Below, one piece after another: positions 35,296 to 44,366 of a stretch of DNA of 56,805 nucleotides. A program made the position numbers and the translations under genes. This DNA is from a bacterium (GTDB lineage: Bacteria > Patescibacteriota > Minisyncoccia > Phycocordibacterales > UBA5272), in the NCBI GenBank assembly GCA_043751115.1, contig JAYVAE010000040.1, forward strand, positions 1 to 56,805, in the 5' to 3' direction. Every line of letters begins with the position of its first letter. The stretch's first letter is position 1. The notes under the pieces were generated by a model. That model made no database searches, was not told the origin of the DNA, and worked only from the letters and a program-made list of their open reading frames with translations.

Positions 35296-36232
35296 ATGAA
35301 TTTAAAAAAACAGCCGAAAGTGTATTAAGTGCAATGCTCGTGGAGTTAAAAAGGATGGCAAGCAGAGTGGTAGACAAAGATATGAATGTCCACATTGTGG
35401 GCATAGTTTTCAATATAAAAAGAGGGAAACCATTTTAAAAAAAGAACTGTGGAATGAATATACTCACGGCAAACAGACTTTGCCTGAGCTGGGAGAAAAA
35501 TATGGGCACACTTCTTGGTGGGTACGGAACAAATTAGATGAACAAGAAGTGTCTATGCCAAAAGACCTCATTCCACAAGCTACTGTGATTGTGCCAGATA
35601 CAACCTTTTGGGGTTGTTCGTACGGTGTATGTGTCTTTCGATCCTGGAATCTCAAGAGAAATATCTGGTGGAATGAAGTACCTGGCGAGAAAGTCGCTCA
35701 CTACTACTATGGACGCAAGATACTGGAAGAACGAGGCTGGGTCTTCCTGGCAGCTGTAGTGGACGGAAGAAGAGGTCTGACAACAGTTTTTAAAGACATA
35801 CCAGTACAAATATGTCACTTCCACCAGATGAAAAATGTCACCAAGTATTTGACCAGAAGACCAGAGACTGAAGCAGGGAAAGAATTACGAGCAATCATGC
35901 TTTCGCTTACTCGGAGCAACGAAAAAGAATTCACAAAACTTTTAAACGATTGGCACAGACAGTGGGAAGATTTCATTAATGAAAAAACAAGGGTTTTGGG
36001 TACAAAACACTGGTACTACACCCACAAGAAAGTTCGTAGTGCTTACAAAAGCTTAGAGACCAACTTACCCTTTCTGTTCACCTATCAAAAGTATCCGAAG
36101 CTGAATATTCCCAACACCACCAATACCATTGATGGATACTTTGCTTCGGTCAAAAAGAAAGTGGCCGCTCACCACGGATTGCGCAGAGACCGAAGATACA
36201 AAGTGATTTCAGAATTACTTAACAAGAGTTAA
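35296..36232 (+). CDS. IS transposase, reading frame interrupted at an A7 run (35304-35310)
   Basis: The ATG at 35296 gives MNLKK.. and stops after 10 codons. In the +1 frame from 35321 the sequence reads CIKCNARGVKKDGKQSGRQRYECPHCGHSF (a C-x2-C...C-x2-C Zn ribbon like IS1 InsA) and continues without a stop into ORF 35480..36232. One fewer A would fuse the ATG to this frame. Family is provisional. Confidence 0.7.
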
Positions 36233-36237
36233 ATTCT

Positions 36238-36258
36238 AGCACCTAGGAATTGCCTTTA
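36238..36258 (-). repeat. IS right terminal inverted repeat
   Basis: AGCACCTAGGAATTGCCTTTA on the plus strand, starting 6 nt after the transposase stop. Confidence 0.9.
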
Positions 36259-36559
36259 CTCCCCCATCCATTTACAATTTTGCTTATCACTCTACTTATA
36301 ATCTATTTACTATTCTGTGTATTAACCTGTGTATAGCTTACTCATAACTAAGGAGTAAACCCCTCCTTATTTGTGGAGAAGTCAAGTTATTTTATTGCTT
36401 ATTGTTTTTTATTTTTTATTGTTCACTACCTCACTGTATTAATTATTCACTTAAGAAATATATCTTTACTTAGAAAGTTATATGGGACATGATTTTTCTA
36501 GCTTTTCCCCCTAATCAACAGACCTATACTTATTATCATTGTATCTATATACTATAACT

Positions 36560-37651
36560 ATGAAATTCGAATGCTTTGTAACAACACTACATGCAGCACT
36601 AACACAAGTAAGTAGAGCGCGATCAAAAAGCTCACTTAATCCACTCCTTCAATGTATCTATTTAGAAATTGATGAGTTTCACCTCATTGTACGTGCCACA
36701 AATTTAGAGATAGTTTGTGAAAAAACTATTTCAGTTAAGGGTAAGAAGAATGGATCATGTCTCATAAGTGCAGAAACATTAATGAAAGTTATTTCTTTGC
36801 TTAATAATAAAGTAAACTCACTACTTTCATTTGAAATAATTGAAAACATTCTCATTATTACTAATGATAAAGATGTATTAAAAATAAATCTTTTCAATGA
36901 AAATGATTTTCCAAAGTTACCCCCAAGAGGGGGACTTATTAGTACTATAGAGAGAAATAAAATAACATCACTTATAAGAGATGTCTCATTCAGTGCGGCG
37001 ACCACCGATATTAAGCCAGATATTGCCTCTGTATTCATTTATCTTAAAGAAGAGATACTTTATGCCGTAGCGACAGATTCCTATAGACTAGCGGAGTCTA
37101 AAATTGCTTTTGAAGGAGATGATTTTTCTTTTCTACTTCCACAAAAATATGTAAATGATATAGTGTCTATTCTTGATCAAGAAAACGATTTTATTGAAAT
37201 ATATGTAACAGAAAATTTACTAACCTTTTCAACAGAAACTCTCACACTCTCTATTACCCCTATACTTGGGCAATTTCCAGACTACAAACAACTTTTTCCA
37301 AAAGAATTTACCACCAAAGTTACTTTAAACAAAGATGAGTTACAAAAAACACTCACCCTTAGTTCATTTTTTACTGAAACCTATAATACTACAAATATAG
37401 CTATTGTAGAAGAAATTCTTGTTGTAAGTAGTAAAAACGATCATATAGGCTCTATGAGTAAAACACTCACAATAAAAAAAGAAGGAGATGATATGGAGGC
37501 TTCTTATAATAACAAATACTTTTTAGAGGCATTCTCTCATCTTGAGGGTGATGAAATATCTCTATCTTTTACAACAAAAAATAGACCACTTTTTATAACA
37601 ACCAACAGAAGTAATTCATATACCTATTTATTGATGCCTGTTAATAAATAA
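36560..37651 (+). CDS. dnaN: DNA polymerase III beta sliding clamp
   Basis: 363 aa from MKFECFVTTL, in the position after dnaA, with a three-domain length and YLLMPV near the C-terminus. A TATACT box at 36548-36553 lies 6 nt before the ATG. Confidence 0.85.
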   Translation: MKFECFVTTLHAALTQVSRARSKSSLNPLLQCIYLEIDEFHLIVRATNLEIVCEKTISVKGKKNGSCLISAETLMKVISLLNNKVNSLLSFEIIENILIITNDKDVLKINLFNENDFPKLPPRGGLISTIERNKITSLIRDVSFSAATTDIKPDIASVFIYLKEEILYAVATDSYRLAESKIAFEGDDFSFLLPQKYVNDIVSILDQENDFIEIYVTENLLTFSTETLTLSITPILGQFPDYKQLFPKEFTTKVTLNKDELQKTLTLSSFFTETYNTTNIAIVEEILVVSSKNDHIGSMSKTLTIKKEGDDMEASYNNKYFLEAFSHLEGDEISLSFTTKNRPLFITTNRSNSYTYLLMPVNK

Positions 37652-37655
37652 TGAT

Positions 37656-37898
37656 ATGGATAGTACTATATTTGGGAAATATAAAAGTCTCATAGAAGAA
37701 AGAGTAAAAGAAAAAAAAGAAATCATTACTTTTATTTACGAGAAAACGAACATCCTTTTCAAGGAGCAAGAAATAGCAGTAAATAAAAAAACAAGAATTA
37801 TTAACATTAATACCTCATCAAATAAAAGAATGTTATTTGTTTTAAAAAAAGGGGAAGAGTCTCTCAAAGAGAAACTGTATAAAACCGTCTTTGGTTAA
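37656..37898 (+). CDS. Hypothetical small basic protein downstream of dnaN
   Basis: 80-aa ORF starting 4 nt after the dnaN stop. No family recognised. Confidence 0.5.
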   Translation: MDSTIFGKYKSLIEERVKEKKEIITFIYEKTNILFKEQEIAVNKKTRIININTSSNKRMLFVLKKGEESLKEKLYKTVFG

Positions 37899-37943
37899 AG
37901 AAAAGTAAATCAGGTAAGAGAAAGTAAAAGGAAAATAATATTA

Positions 37944-40166
37944 TTACGGAACAATTGTTGTAGGTATTTCTACGCTAGTAGTAGAAGCTTGGTCTAAAGG
38001 AAGAGGTGGTGTGGTACTACTGACACCACAGAGACTTTTTTCTAGAACATAAGAGCGAATTGGGGTACTCCAAAGCGTATATTGAGATTCATTTTCCTTT
38101 ATGACTGGTGGCTCGCCATTTTCAGGGTCATCTTTATTAATGAAAGCTAAAATAGTATCAGGGTCTCCATTATTACAGTAATCTCCCCGTAGTATTGCGA
38201 GCTTGCTATTGTTTGGTATAGGTTCTTTAAAGTAAGAGCTTTCCCTACCGGAAAGAGCTGTTTCAATAGCTTTTCTCCATATAGGAGCAAGGAGTGCTCC
38301 CGAGACCTTCTTCTCTACCGGAGTATTATCATTGTTTCCCGCCCACATACCGAGAACAAGGTTAGGGGTATAACCCATAACCCATAAGTCTTTGAAATCA
38401 TTCGTTGTTCCTGTTTTCACAGCCACAGAACGATCTTTAAAATAAAGTGTAGAAACTGGTCCATAAGCAGGAGTCCTGGCTATATTGTCGGACAAAATAC
38501 TCGAAATAAGAGACGCGGTGTTTTCAGAAAGAACTGTTTCTTGATAAAGAGCATCTTTATCATTAATATCACCATATAAACTTTTAACAGACAAAATAGA
38601 TCTAGGTTTCGTATAAATACCTTCATTAGCAAAAACACCATAAGCAGAAGCAAGTTCAAGTAAGGATACTTCTCCACCACCGAGTACAAGTGACAGCCCG
38701 TACCTAGAAGGGTCATTTATTGTTGAAAGACCCATTTTATTTGCAAGCGTAATTACTGTCTTCATACCAGTTAAATACATAAGTTTAACAGACGGTACGT
38801 TAAGAGACTGTGCGAGAGAGCTTCTAATACTAATAGGTCCTCGAAAAGCGTTGTCATAATTATCTGGATGATAACAAACTTTACTTGCCTTTTTATTTGG
38901 ATTAAGTGGTGTGCCTAAAGGATCACATAAAGTACTAAATTCAGTCTTTACATCAAAGAGTACCATTTCTGGTGTGTATCCTTTTTCAAATGCCGCCGCG
39001 TAAACTATTGGCTTAAAAGAAGACCCCGGCTGCCTATTTGCAAGAGTTATATTGAATTGACCATCGATAGTTTCATCAAAAAAATCTCGAGATCCAATCA
39101 TAGCAAGTATTTCGCCTGACTGAGGGTCAAGGGCAATGAGCCCAGCATTTGTCGCTCCATTTTTAAGAAGACTATTAAAAGCCTCCTCCTTAACAAGCGT
39201 TTCTAATTTCTTTTGTAGATCGTAATCGAGTGTTGTAACCACCCTTAGTCCATCATTTAAAACAACATCTTTGCCATATTTTTGTTCTAAATATTCTCTC
39301 ACATAAAATACAAAGTGAAGCCCCACCATATCATTACCACGAAGTGGCTTAAAAGTAACATTCTCAGTAATAGAAGAATCTCTTTCAATTTTTGAAATAA
39401 GACCATTTATGTACATTCGTTCTAGAACTAAATTTTTTCTTTTTTCAAGCTCCGCCCGGCGCAGTCCATAAGGGGAATAGTAGGTAGGAGACTGCGGGAG
39501 TGCAGCTAAGTATGCTGCCTCCGTTAAAGTAACATCAAGCGCACTTTTTCCAAAATAGGCTTCAGACGCCTCCTGAACCCCATAAATAGTTCCACCATAA
39601 GGATTTTCATTAAGATATATTTCTAAAATACCATCTTTTGAAATAGTTTTATCGAGCTTAATAGCAAGCACTATTTCTTTGAGTTTTCTTGAGATACTTT
39701 TTTCTCTCGTGAGCACGGCGTTCTTCACCACCTGTTGAGTTATAGTCGAACCTCCTTGTTTGTAAGAACCAGTGCTTGCATTAATGTAAACAGCGCGGAG
39801 GAAAGAAAGTGGACGAAACCCATTATGAGAATAAAATTCAGCGTCTTCAATTGCTACGGTTGCATTTTTTATATAAGGGCTTATTTTATCAAAATCAACA
39901 TGAGACCTCCTGACATTTTGATACAGATCATAAAGAACTATTTTACCAGTTCTATCATATATTTTTGTGGAGTTGGAAATTTCTCTATTTTCAAAAGATG
40001 AAAAATCCGGCATATCGAGCGTTGAAATCCAAATAAAAAACGAGGCAATAAGCAGTAGTCCCAGAGAAAAACCAATAAGAAAAAGATGTTTGAAAATAGT
40101 GAAAAGGAAACCCCTTCTTTTTTTATGTTTTCTTTCGTGTGTATTTGGTAAAGTATGCTCACTCAT
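37944..40166 (-). CDS. Class A penicillin-binding protein (glycosyltransferase + transpeptidase)
   Basis: N-terminal TM segment. GT51 motifs AIEDAEFYSHNGF and GGSTITQQ. Transpeptidase motifs SSFKP, SLN and KTGTT. Confidence 0.92.
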   Translation of the reverse strand: MSEHTLPNTHERKHKKRRGFLFTIFKHLFLIGFSLGLLLIASFFIWISTLDMPDFSSFENREISNSTKIYDRTGKIVLYDLYQNVRRSHVDFDKISPYIKNATVAIEDAEFYSHNGFRPLSFLRAVYINASTGSYKQGGSTITQQVVKNAVLTREKSISRKLKEIVLAIKLDKTISKDGILEIYLNENPYGGTIYGVQEASEAYFGKSALDVTLTEAAYLAALPQSPTYYSPYGLRRAELEKRKNLVLERMYINGLISKIERDSSITENVTFKPLRGNDMVGLHFVFYVREYLEQKYGKDVVLNDGLRVVTTLDYDLQKKLETLVKEEAFNSLLKNGATNAGLIALDPQSGEILAMIGSRDFFDETIDGQFNITLANRQPGSSFKPIVYAAAFEKGYTPEMVLFDVKTEFSTLCDPLGTPLNPNKKASKVCYHPDNYDNAFRGPISIRSSLAQSLNVPSVKLMYLTGMKTVITLANKMGLSTINDPSRYGLSLVLGGGEVSLLELASAYGVFANEGIYTKPRSILSVKSLYGDINDKDALYQETVLSENTASLISSILSDNIARTPAYGPVSTLYFKDRSVAVKTGTTNDFKDLWVMGYTPNLVLGMWAGNNDNTPVEKKVSGALLAPIWRKAIETALSGRESSYFKEPIPNNSKLAILRGDYCNNGDPDTILAFINKDDPENGEPPVIKENESQYTLWSTPIRSYVLEKSLCGVSSTTPPLPLDQASTTSVEIPTTIVP

Positions 40167-40220
40167 TACTACATACTATCATAATGGTAACTAAAAATAA
40201 GACATGGTAGTATTAAATAT

Positions 40221-41417
40221 ATGGACAAGATAATAATAGACGAAGAAAAAATCGACGAACTTTTAAAGAGGGCCGTCGAAGACACTATAGTAAAAGAGGA
40301 CTTAAAGGCAGCACTTATGTCAGGAAAGCAACTTCGTATCAAGTTTGGTATTGACCCAACCGGACCTAAAATCCATTTAGGAAGAGCTATACCACTTCGA
40401 AAATTAAGGGAGTTTCAAAAGCTCGGACATCAGGCGGTACTTATTGTCGGAAATTTTACCGCTCAAATTGGAGATGCATCGGACAAAGAAGAAAAAAGAC
40501 CAATGCTGACAAGGGCGGAAATAGATGATAATTTAAGCGACTACAAAAGCCAAATAGCAAAAATCCTTGATATTTCAAAAACAGAATTCGTTTACAATAA
40601 TGATTGGCTTTCAAAACTTACTTTAACTGACATTATTAATCTCTCAGAATGTTTCACCGTTCAACAAATGCTCGCCAGAAGAAATTTTAAAGATAGATAT
40701 GAGGCTGGCAAAGAAATATCTCTTCGAGAATTCCTTTACCCTATTATGCAAGGATATGATTCTGTTGCAATTAAAGCTGATGTTGAAATCGGAGGCTTCG
40801 ATCAACTTTTTAATGTTAAGGCGGGCAGAGAGATCCAAGCGCACTATGATATGGCAAAGCAAAATATACTTACCATGACCATGCTTGAAGGAACCGACGG
40901 TAGAAAAATGTCAACGTCATGGGGTAATTGTATTACTATTGTAGATGATGCAAAAACTATGTTTGGAAAAGTGATGTCACTTCGTGACGATCTTATTATA
41001 AAGTACTTTACCCTTTGTACTGATCTTACTGATGAAGAGATTAAGGAAAAAGAAAAAAGAATGATGGACGGAGAAAATCCGAGAGATATAAAGATGGAGC
41101 TCGGTGTAGCTCTTGTCACTCTCTATCATAATGATAAAGAGGCCACCCTTGCTAGACAATCATTTATTGATACATTTCAAAATGGTGAAATACCAGAAGA
41201 CATTATAGTACTCGAAGCAGAAAAAGGGGAAGAGCTCGGCAGTGTTCTCGTTCATGCAAAACTAGTAGAGTCAAAAGCAGAATTTAAACGCCTCATAGAG
41301 CAGGGCGCGGTGAGTAAGGAAGATGGTACAAAAATAGAAGACTACAAAACAGAAGCCCTACCTGATATATATAGAATCGGTAAAAAACGATTTGCAAAGA
41401 TTATCAATAAAGAGTAG
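40221..41417 (+). CDS. tyrS: Tyrosine--tRNA ligase
   Basis: GIDPTGPKIHLGR (HIGH region), IGDASDK, KMSTS, and a C-terminal S4-like domain KAEFKRLIEQGAV. Confidence 0.88.
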   Translation: MDKIIIDEEKIDELLKRAVEDTIVKEDLKAALMSGKQLRIKFGIDPTGPKIHLGRAIPLRKLREFQKLGHQAVLIVGNFTAQIGDASDKEEKRPMLTRAEIDDNLSDYKSQIAKILDISKTEFVYNNDWLSKLTLTDIINLSECFTVQQMLARRNFKDRYEAGKEISLREFLYPIMQGYDSVAIKADVEIGGFDQLFNVKAGREIQAHYDMAKQNILTMTMLEGTDGRKMSTSWGNCITIVDDAKTMFGKVMSLRDDLIIKYFTLCTDLTDEEIKEKEKRMMDGENPRDIKMELGVALVTLYHNDKEATLARQSFIDTFQNGEIPEDIIVLEAEKGEELGSVLVHAKLVESKAEFKRLIEQGAVSKEDGTKIEDYKTEALPDIYRIGKKRFAKIINKE

Positions 41418-41573
41418 TTATTGTTTTCATATATGTAACCCCAATAGAATTTTACAAACTCTCTTGAGAACACTTGAAGTAACTTGCTCAAGTTTCTAGC
41501 TAATAGTTTATGGTAAATAACTAATAGCTATACCTATAAAAATATAATACGGACCCAGTATGTATAAACTCAT

Positions 41574-41748
41574 AAACTTTCTCTTTGACTGACTCACGGA
41601 CCGTGGCAAGCTGGGGCAGATACATACTCCCTCTATTTGTTGTTTTGCACCCTTGAGAATATAGTAGTGAATACACTCCTTATTCTTGTGGGAAGTGTGA
41701 GGCAATTTTATAACAAGAAAATATACTGGTCAATCAAGGAGAAAGTTT
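41574..41748. repeat. Copy 1 of a 175/216-nt element with 19-bp terminal inverted repeats
   Basis: Ends AAACTTTCTCTTTGACTGA (41574-41592) and TCAATCAAGGAGAAAGTTT (41730-41748). The core is the reverse complement of the core of 46279-46494, with high identity over about 130 nt. Confidence 0.8.
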
Positions 41749-41819
41749 GAAAAAGAAAACACTTTTGGAATTATTAATATGGTAGATAACCCCCTAGGCA
41801 CAACTTACTTGTAAAAATC

Positions 41820-41993
41820 TTACCAATACCCTTCATCTTCCTGAAAAGCAAGATCAACAGCATTTTCTTCCTCACCAACCTCTTCAAGTATAAATAATTC
41901 CTCCTCAATAAGTGGCTCTTCCGTGATAAATACCGCCTCAAGGACGTCTACATTTATTTCCCCAATGATAATTTTTTCTATTTTTTCTGACAT
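41820..41993 (-). CDS. Hypothetical small acidic protein (57 aa)
   Basis: Not in the ORF track. The minus strand translates to MSEKIEKIIIGEINVDVLEAVFITEEPLIEEELFILEEVGEEENAVDLAFQEDEGYW, starting 36 nt downstream of the ruvC stop. No homology recognised. Confidence 0.4.
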   Translation of the reverse strand: MSEKIEKIIIGEINVDVLEAVFITEEPLIEEELFILEEVGEEENAVDLAFQEDEGYW

Positions 41994-42029
41994 GCTTATG
42001 ATATCGGCAAAGATATCAAAATTTAAAAC

Positions 42030-42521
42030 TTATTGCAAGTTTTTTATATCACTGGTAAAGGCATGAGTAATACCAACAGCAATAGCATCTAATTCATCAT
42101 CAAGCTTTTTGTCAGTTGGAACAACAATAAGTCTCCTCACCATGAAAGAAATCGATGCTTTATCGGCATTTCCATAGCCGGTAACGGCGATCTTTATTTG
42201 TGATGGAGTGTATTCCTTTGGTTTTAAAGCAAGTTCTTCTAAGGTTACCCTTATGACGCCACAGCTTTCAGCAACAAGGAGTGCGGTCTTGGTATTTTTT
42301 GTAAAAAAAAGCTTTTCAAGGGCACTTTCATTTGGCTTGTACTCTTGGATAAGAAGTGTGAGCTCTTTTTTTAAAGAAAGGAGACGTTCAGCAAAGGGTA
42401 AAGTTTTTGCTGTTGTTAAGCAGGTAGAGTGAAGGAGAGAAAGTGATCCATCATTTTCCTTTTCTATAAAAGCAATACCACAGCGGTCATAACCAGGATC
42501 AATAGAAAGTATTCTACGCAT
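42030..42521 (-). CDS. ruvC: Crossover junction endodeoxyribonuclease RuvC
   Basis: MRRILSIDPGYDRCGIAFIE N-terminus, with DELDAIAVGITHA near the C-terminus. Confidence 0.88.
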   Translation of the reverse strand: MRRILSIDPGYDRCGIAFIEKENDGSLSLLHSTCLTTAKTLPFAERLLSLKKELTLLIQEYKPNESALEKLFFTKNTKTALLVAESCGVIRVTLEELALKPKEYTPSQIKIAVTGYGNADKASISFMVRRLIVVPTDKKLDDELDAIAVGITHAFTSDIKNLQ

Positions 42522-42524
42522 TAT

Positions 42525-43526
42525 TTATGCTTTAGCATCATCCTTAAAAAGAAGTAGTCCTTTTTCTGTCGCTTTTCTACCACGAGGAGTTCTTTCTATT
42601 AAACCTATTTGCATGAGGTATGGCTCAATAACATCTTCGACCGTTGCCTCCTCTTCACCTATTGCGGCTGCGATGGTGGAGAGCCCTACGGGGCCACCAC
42701 CGAACGTTTTAACAAGCGAGTCCATAACCATTTTTTCTGGTATTCCGAGACCAAGATCGTCAATTTCAAGAAGGGAGAGAGCCCTCCCCACAACATCTTT
42801 ATCGATAATTGCCTTATGAACTTGTGCGAAGTCTCGCGCACGCTTTAAATAATAATTAGCAATACGCGGTGTAAATCTTGCTCGCTTAGCGATTTCAAAA
42901 GATGCTTCAGCGGTTATTTCAGCTTTTAAAAGAAGTGAGCTTCGCATTACAATTTCAGAAATTTCACTTTCTGAATAATATTGTAGTCTATAAACTCCGC
43001 CGGAAAACCTGGAGCGAAGGGGGGAAGAGAGAAGGGAGATGCGAGTGGTTGCACCAATTAAAGTAAAAGGAGGGAGGTCGAGCTGTATAGTTCTTGCAGA
43101 AGGGCCTTTACCAATAACAATATCGAGTTTACCTGACTCCATGGCAGGATAAAGCACTTCTTCTATCATTTTGTTCAGTCTATGTATTTCGTCGATAAAG
43201 AGCACGTCTCCAGGAGTGAGATTAGTTAATATTCCCGCGAGATCTCCAACTTTCATTATGGTTGGACCAGAAGATATGCGAAGGTTCGCGCCAAGCTCCT
43301 TTGAGACGAGATGAGCAAGAGTTGTCTTACCAAGCCCTGGCGGGCCATAGAAAAGTACATGTTCAGGAGAAGTTCCGCGCTCTTTAGCGGCGCGGAGTAG
43401 TATATGCAAATTGTTTTTGATCATTTCTTGACCAACATACTCATCAAAAGAAAGAGGTCGTAGTGCTTGGTCTAGTCTGCGAGCATCTTCTTCTGTTTTA
43501 TTTTCGTTATCATTTTTTATAGCCAT
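42525..43526 (-). CDS. ruvB: Holliday junction branch migration ATPase RuvB
   Basis: LFYGPPGLGKTTLA, VLFIDEIHRL, and the sensor region GATTR. The ATG at 43526 is preferred over the TTG at 43565. Confidence 0.92.
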   Translation of the reverse strand: MAIKNDNENKTEEDARRLDQALRPLSFDEYVGQEMIKNNLHILLRAAKERGTSPEHVLFYGPPGLGKTTLAHLVSKELGANLRISSGPTIMKVGDLAGILTNLTPGDVLFIDEIHRLNKMIEEVLYPAMESGKLDIVIGKGPSARTIQLDLPPFTLIGATTRISLLSSPLRSRFSGGVYRLQYYSESEISEIVMRSSLLLKAEITAEASFEIAKRARFTPRIANYYLKRARDFAQVHKAIIDKDVVGRALSLLEIDDLGLGIPEKMVMDSLVKTFGGGPVGLSTIAAAIGEEEATVEDVIEPYLMQIGLIERTPRGRKATEKGLLLFKDDAKA

Positions 43527-43558
43527 ATAGTAAGGTGTAGGAGAAAATAAGAGGGTGG

Positions 43559-43587
43559 TTGACAAAAGTTTTTGTATATGCTATAAT
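43559..43587 (+). promoter_or_regulatory. Consensus sigma70 promoter (TTGACA-N17-TATAAT) with no obvious gene
   Basis: TTGACA at 43559-43564 and TATAAT at 43582-43587. It points into an ~780-nt ORF-poor region (43588-44366). Confidence 0.5.
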
Positions 43588-44366
43588 GTTTATCTAGGTT
43601 TACTCGTTCGTTTTAACTATAGTTTTAAAAACTAAGAGAAAAAATCTAGAGAAAATTCAGAAAAATTGTTTCTTTGTAAAATCTATACGTCTCTAAGCAA
43701 TCAGGAGCTCGTCTCCCATCTTCTATTTGAAAGGACGGTCTGGTAGCCTTTGCTTGCAAAGGAACTCTGTACCCATCCTTATTAAGGAAGTTTCTTCACC
43801 AAGGGGTTGTTTAGAGGCGCATACATTTTACTCTTTTTGGGCCATAAAAAGAGCAATCTTTTTCGTTAAGTATTCCCATTTTTTGTCATCGTACTTCTGT
43901 GTACGTTTCCTCAAAATGAAATGCCTTGCCTCAAATCTCATCTTATATCCCTCAGGCACATGAGTCACCCCTCCAAAACACCGCTCTTAAATCAAAAGTG
44001 TTTGATTTAAGAAATTTACCACCATTTGCATTTTTAGTATTCATATACTTGGATGAGATTCGAGGACGAGACACCATTCGAGCGTCTTGGACGTAGACTC
44101 TCCTTTTTAAGGAGGTGAGCTTACTAGCACAGTGACAAAAAATAAATAATTCTTGAATCACCAGACGATGAATGAGTACATGAATGTCTTGGACGCTGTC
44201 TTGGACAAAAACAATATCGCTAAATCTCCTCGAATGCAATCAAAATTTATTAAATCTGAATGAGATTTGAGAAAAAATTCCTCTTTATGAAGAGATGTAC
44301 TTAGTTGTACATTGATAAAGAAATGAGAGAGTTTTACAAAAAAGCTCGTCAGATTTAAGAACTCTT

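Larger units (their letters stand above)
35220..36265 (+). mobile_element. Insertion sequence (IS1-like Zn-ribbon DDE transposase) in the dnaA-dnaN spacer
   Basis: Perfect 21-bp terminal inverted repeats at 35224-35244 and 36238-36258. Flanked by near-identical direct repeats ATCCCATTTA (35210-35219) and ATCCATTTA (36266-36274), consistent with a ~9-bp target duplication. Exact element ends are uncertain by a few nt. Confidence 0.8.

Noticed and set aside
35296-35330. The A7C run near the transposase start, considered as an IS1-style programmed -1 ribosomal frameshift site.
   Set aside because: The downstream Zn-ribbon frame is +1 relative to the ATG frame, not -1. The site is also at codon 3-5 rather than between two domains. 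A homopolymer error, a mutation or transcriptional slippage fit better.
41508-41705. Small ORFs 41508..41705 (minus) and 46393..46587 (plus) that share the peptide ...SQSKRKF....
   Set aside because: The similarity arises because both ORFs read through the two copies of the same repeat element. They have no start context, and their composition is unlike real proteins.
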